Shown piece after piece: positions 1 through 64,000 of a stretch of 64,000 bases of DNA. The DNA is taken from assembly GCF_006345805.1 (NCBI RefSeq), contig NC_042997.1:112778001-112842000 (forward strand), in the 5' to 3' direction. This DNA is from Octopus sinensis (Eukaryota). Positions within the stretch are counted from its first letter, which is position 1. Every line of letters begins with the position of its first letter. The translations under genes were made by a program, and so were the position numbers. The notes beneath the pieces are model-generated. The model was not told the origin of the DNA. It saw only the letters and a program-made list of their open reading frames with translations, and made no database searches.

Positions 1-86
1 GTGTTTATTTTAATGTATACAGTGAGTTTCTTTGCCCTAAGTGTTTGGAAGACACTTGGCAAGAAATAAAAACAAAACTGAAAGAG

Positions 87-119
<33 letters not shown>

Positions 120-648
120 TGCCCTGATGCAATACCTTTTGATGCCAACCTCCATGAGACTATCCCTGGTTCTATGCAACATAGTTTCTGTTTTAAATTG
201 ATCTAAATTAAAAACTTTCCATCAACATTTCATGCTAAATTATGTTGCAAACACCAGCTTAATAATGATAAACTCATTTTAATTAAATCTTTCATTACCT
301 TCAGAATTAATTAAAACAAAGGCAGTGTATTTCAACAGGAATCTGGTCACAAAAATATTGAAGTAATCTAAAAATTCTCATTAAAATGTCATGTTAATTT
401 ATGTTCCAAACATTACTTTAATAACAACCAGCTTAATTATTTTACTAAATTTCTCATTATTTTCAAAATTAATTCTAAGTCCGTTAGTGTATTTTAACTG
501 AAATACAATAACGAATCTAAGTCATCTAACAGCAAACATATTTGGTAACAATCTCGTTAGATGTTTTTTTGCTCGTTATTTTGTTGGTTGTTTTCCTTCT
601 TCTAGAAGACATGGTGTCGCAATGATATAAAAGAAGTACTGAACTTAC

Positions 649-60747
<60,099 letters not shown>

Positions 60748-62214
60748 CTGAAAGAAGAGTAATTAAACAATAATTAGATCATCAGGCACTGGCATGGCTG
60801 TATGGTAAGAAGTCTCCTTTGCAACCATATGGTTTTGGATTCAGACCCACTGTGTAGAACCTTAGGTAATTGCTTTCTACCATAGTATTGGCCTGACTAA
60901 AGGCTTGTGAGTGGACTTGGGACACTGAAACTGAAAGAAGCCCATCATATTTGTGTGTGTGTGTGTTTGTCCCCCCCCCCACCACTTGACAACCTGTGTT
61001 GGTGTGTTTATGTTCCTATAACTTAGCAGTTCAGCAAAAGAAGCAACAGAATAAGTCTGAGACCCCCTTTGGTCATGACACTGACCATGGGATTGCACCT
61101 AGAAAATTACCCTCCCAGACACAAGTCCAGGCAAGGTTGTTTATGGAAGACCAGCAGTCGCCCATGCATACCAGCCTCCCCTCTCCACACCACCAGTGTT
61201 ATCCAAGGGAAAGGCAAAAGGGCCGATACAGCTTGACACCTGTGACATCGCAACTCATTTCTACAGCTGGGTGAACTAGAGCAACGTGAAATAAAGTGTC
61301 TTGCTCAAGAACGCAACATGCAGCCCGGTCTGGGATTTGAGCTCACAACCTCATGAAAGTAAGCTCAACACTCTAACCACTGAGCCATGCGCCTTCACCA
61401 CAGAATAAGTACAGAGCCTAAAAAAAGAGCACTGGGGTCGATTTGTTTATTCCTTTGTCTAAAAATTATCCAAGGTGGTGCTCCAGCTTGATCACAGCCT
61501 AATGACTGAAACAAATGTCTACTTTTACAACACTAACCACATGGCTTAGTGGTTAGAGTGTTGTACTGGTGATCATCAGATCATTGGTTCAATTCCTGCA
61601 CTGGGCGATATGTTGTGTTCTTGAGCAAAACACTTCCTTCCCCATTGGTCTAGTGCTGTGTGGGGATCAGCATGTCAGAGAATCAAACCACCATTTCCTC
61701 TGCATTTTGTAAAAAGGGCAACTAAAAGAGGCTGAGGTAGGATTTACATTCCAACCTCACAAAACCCTCACAGACCCACAACAGACACATAAGTTGGAGG
61801 GTTGTCACCTGAATGGTACAAAGGGGTCATTTGCAAGGAGCAGTAGGGAATCCCCAACAAATAATGATACAGCGACACACTGTTACAGTGCATTCCTCCA
61901 TATTACTATCTATCTATCTACGCAAACAAGAGATTGGGAAATATTCTTGGTGTTATTTATTCATCTATTTTGATATTATTCCTCTGCTGAGAATATTTTC
62001 CAGTATTTTTCGACTCTTATGTATACTTCAGACAAATATAACATCTGCATACAGATTTTGGAATACTGGAATAAGCAGAAGTGATTCAAGTGGACACAGC
62101 TTGGATTTTAACCATATATACATAATATATATATAGAGAGAGAGAGAGACAGAGAGAGAGAGAAAATGTAGTGATCCGTGAAAGAAAATTCAACAAAAAA
62201 AGTACTCCATCTGG

Positions 62215-62570
62215 TGAGAGATAGATATTATTTATTTAAAGGTCACAATATATGTATTAAAGCGCTACTAATACATGTATCACTTTAACCCATATATGCC
62301 AATAAAAAAATGAAGTCTTAAAATTTCACTGTTATTTAGATTAAATGTTATGGTAAGCTTTTACAATCTGGAAGAGAAGGACAGGATGCAAGTGTTAGCT
62401 ATGGGTGTCGACTACCGACTGAACGTTTTGTAGGCTCAGTCAGATGCTTCCTGGCGAGTTCATGTCTAAACAAGTAGGAGCAGGTTTTATGTTGCAAAAA
62501 TGCAACCAGGGGTATATATGGGTTTTAATACATGTATTGTGACCTTTAGATAAATAATATCTCTCTCTCT
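62215..62570. repeat. MITE-like element with ~50-bp inverted ends
   Basis: gatattatttatttaaaggtcacaatatatgtattaaa versus tttaatacatgtattgtgacctttagataaataatatc. Confidence 0.65.
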
Positions 62571-62646
62571 CTATCTAAATATATATATTCATTCATCCAT
62601 CTATCTGTCTGTCTGTCTATCTATCTATCTTTCCGTCTATCTATTA

Positions 62647-62685
<39 letters not shown>

Positions 62686-64000
62686 GGTCTTTCTATCTAT
62701 CTGTCTTTCTATCTATCTTTCTTCCTTTCTATTTTTCTATCTATCTATCTATTTATCTATCTAGCCATCTATTTATTTTCCCATCTGTCTATCTATCTAT
62801 CTGTCTATTTATCCGTCCGTCCATCCATCCAGACAGACAGATATAGATAGATAAATAGATAGACAGATAGATAGATAGATAAATAGACAGACAGATAGAT
62901 AGACAGACAGATAGATAGATAAATAGACAGACAGATAGACAGACAGACAGACAGACAGATAGATAGATGGGTACATAGATGGGTAGATAGGTGGGTGGAT
63001 GAATATTCTCATTATAATCATCATTTTGACATCCACTTCTCCATGCTTGCATAGGTCAGATAGAATTTGCTGAGGCAGATTTTCAACATCCAGATGCCCT
63101 TCCTGACATCAACCCTCACTCATCCTCAGGTAAGGTATTATTTCCCCATGGCCAGACATGTTTTTCACGAGAGACTGGAGACGAAGGGCACTACTTGTAT
63201 GATGTTTACACTCATTTCCAACTATCACACAACATTAAGAAAAGACACACACACAAGGGGCTTCTTTCAGTTTCCACCCACCGAATCCACTCACAAGGCT
63301 TTGGTTAAACAGGGGACATAGAGTAGTAGCAGAGACTTGCCCATGGTGCCATGCAGTGAGAGTGAACCCCAAACCATGCCACACCTGTAAACAATAATTA
63401 CAATTCACAGAAAATCATTCTAATGAGATTATTAAAATATTTTAACCATCTGAGGAATAAATGAAAAAAGAAAAATGATAGGAAAGACTGTAAAATGATG
63501 GTAGTGGAGGTAGGGGTAACGGTCTGAAACGATGCCAAAAAGGAGTGAACTACAGATCAGATTGAACTCAGATTTCTCTCTCACTCTCTTTCTTTCTGTA
63601 CACGTGTATGTGTGTGTGTGTGGAAATGTGTGTTCCAAAGTATTGCCAATCCTTAGCACACACTGACAACCATCAAAGTTGTTAGTAGCTTCCAAAATGC
63701 AAATTTCTTCGTTACTTGACATTTTCAGGTATTATGGTAAAGAAGAAGGCAGAAAAACAAAATTCCTGGTTATTCCTTTACATGTTTCAGTCATTTCACT
63801 GCAGCCATGCTGGAGCACCACCTTGGGTCAAACAAATCAACTCCCAGAACTTATTCCTTGTAAGCCTAGTACTTATTCTATCAGACTCTTTTGCTGAACC
63901 GCTACATTTCAAGGACAAACACAGACACACACACATATATATGACAGGCTTCTTTCAGTTTCCGTCTGCCAAATTCACTCACAAGACTTTGGTCAGCCCG

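Noticed and set aside
63432-63722. Minus ORF MSSNEEICILEATNNFDG... as the RNF123 first exon
   Set aside because: No convincing similarity, runs through a CA microsatellite, and no phase-2 donor found to join exon 60747.

Overview
AT-rich, microsatellite- and transposon-dense animal genomic DNA. The repeat families and RTE LINEs suggest a cephalopod such as Octopus (inference, not verified by search). Almost the whole window is one minus-strand gene, an RNF123/KPC1-type SPRY-domain E3 ubiquitin ligase. I could splice 24 exons (60747 down to 649; 2339 nt, about 779 codons) into one open frame that resembles human RNF123 as I recall it; the first exon(s) and the C-terminal RING lie outside the window or were not found. 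The frame only closes if three non-canonical introns are used: a U12-type AT-AC intron (25511-28249), a U12-type intron with apparent AT-AT ends (41220-42162) and a GC-AG intron (50434-50632). The introns hold a near full-length RTE LINE with a PHD finger, a second truncated RTE, many RTE 3' tails, an internally deleted mariner, two Penelope-like (GIY-YIG) relics, an R4/Dong-like fragment, several tRNA-headed SINE families, MITE-like hairpins and very long microsatellites. The most novel-looking signal is a roughly 230-bp repeat family joining a tRNA-like Pol III head to a tail containing a minimal type I hammerhead-ribozyme motif (copies at about 4041, 27290, 59464 and 59694), arranged in Penelope-style inverted pairs: a candidate Penelope-mobilised, ribozyme-bearing SINE/retrozyme. 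All alignments and folds were done by eye; repeat boundaries are approximate.
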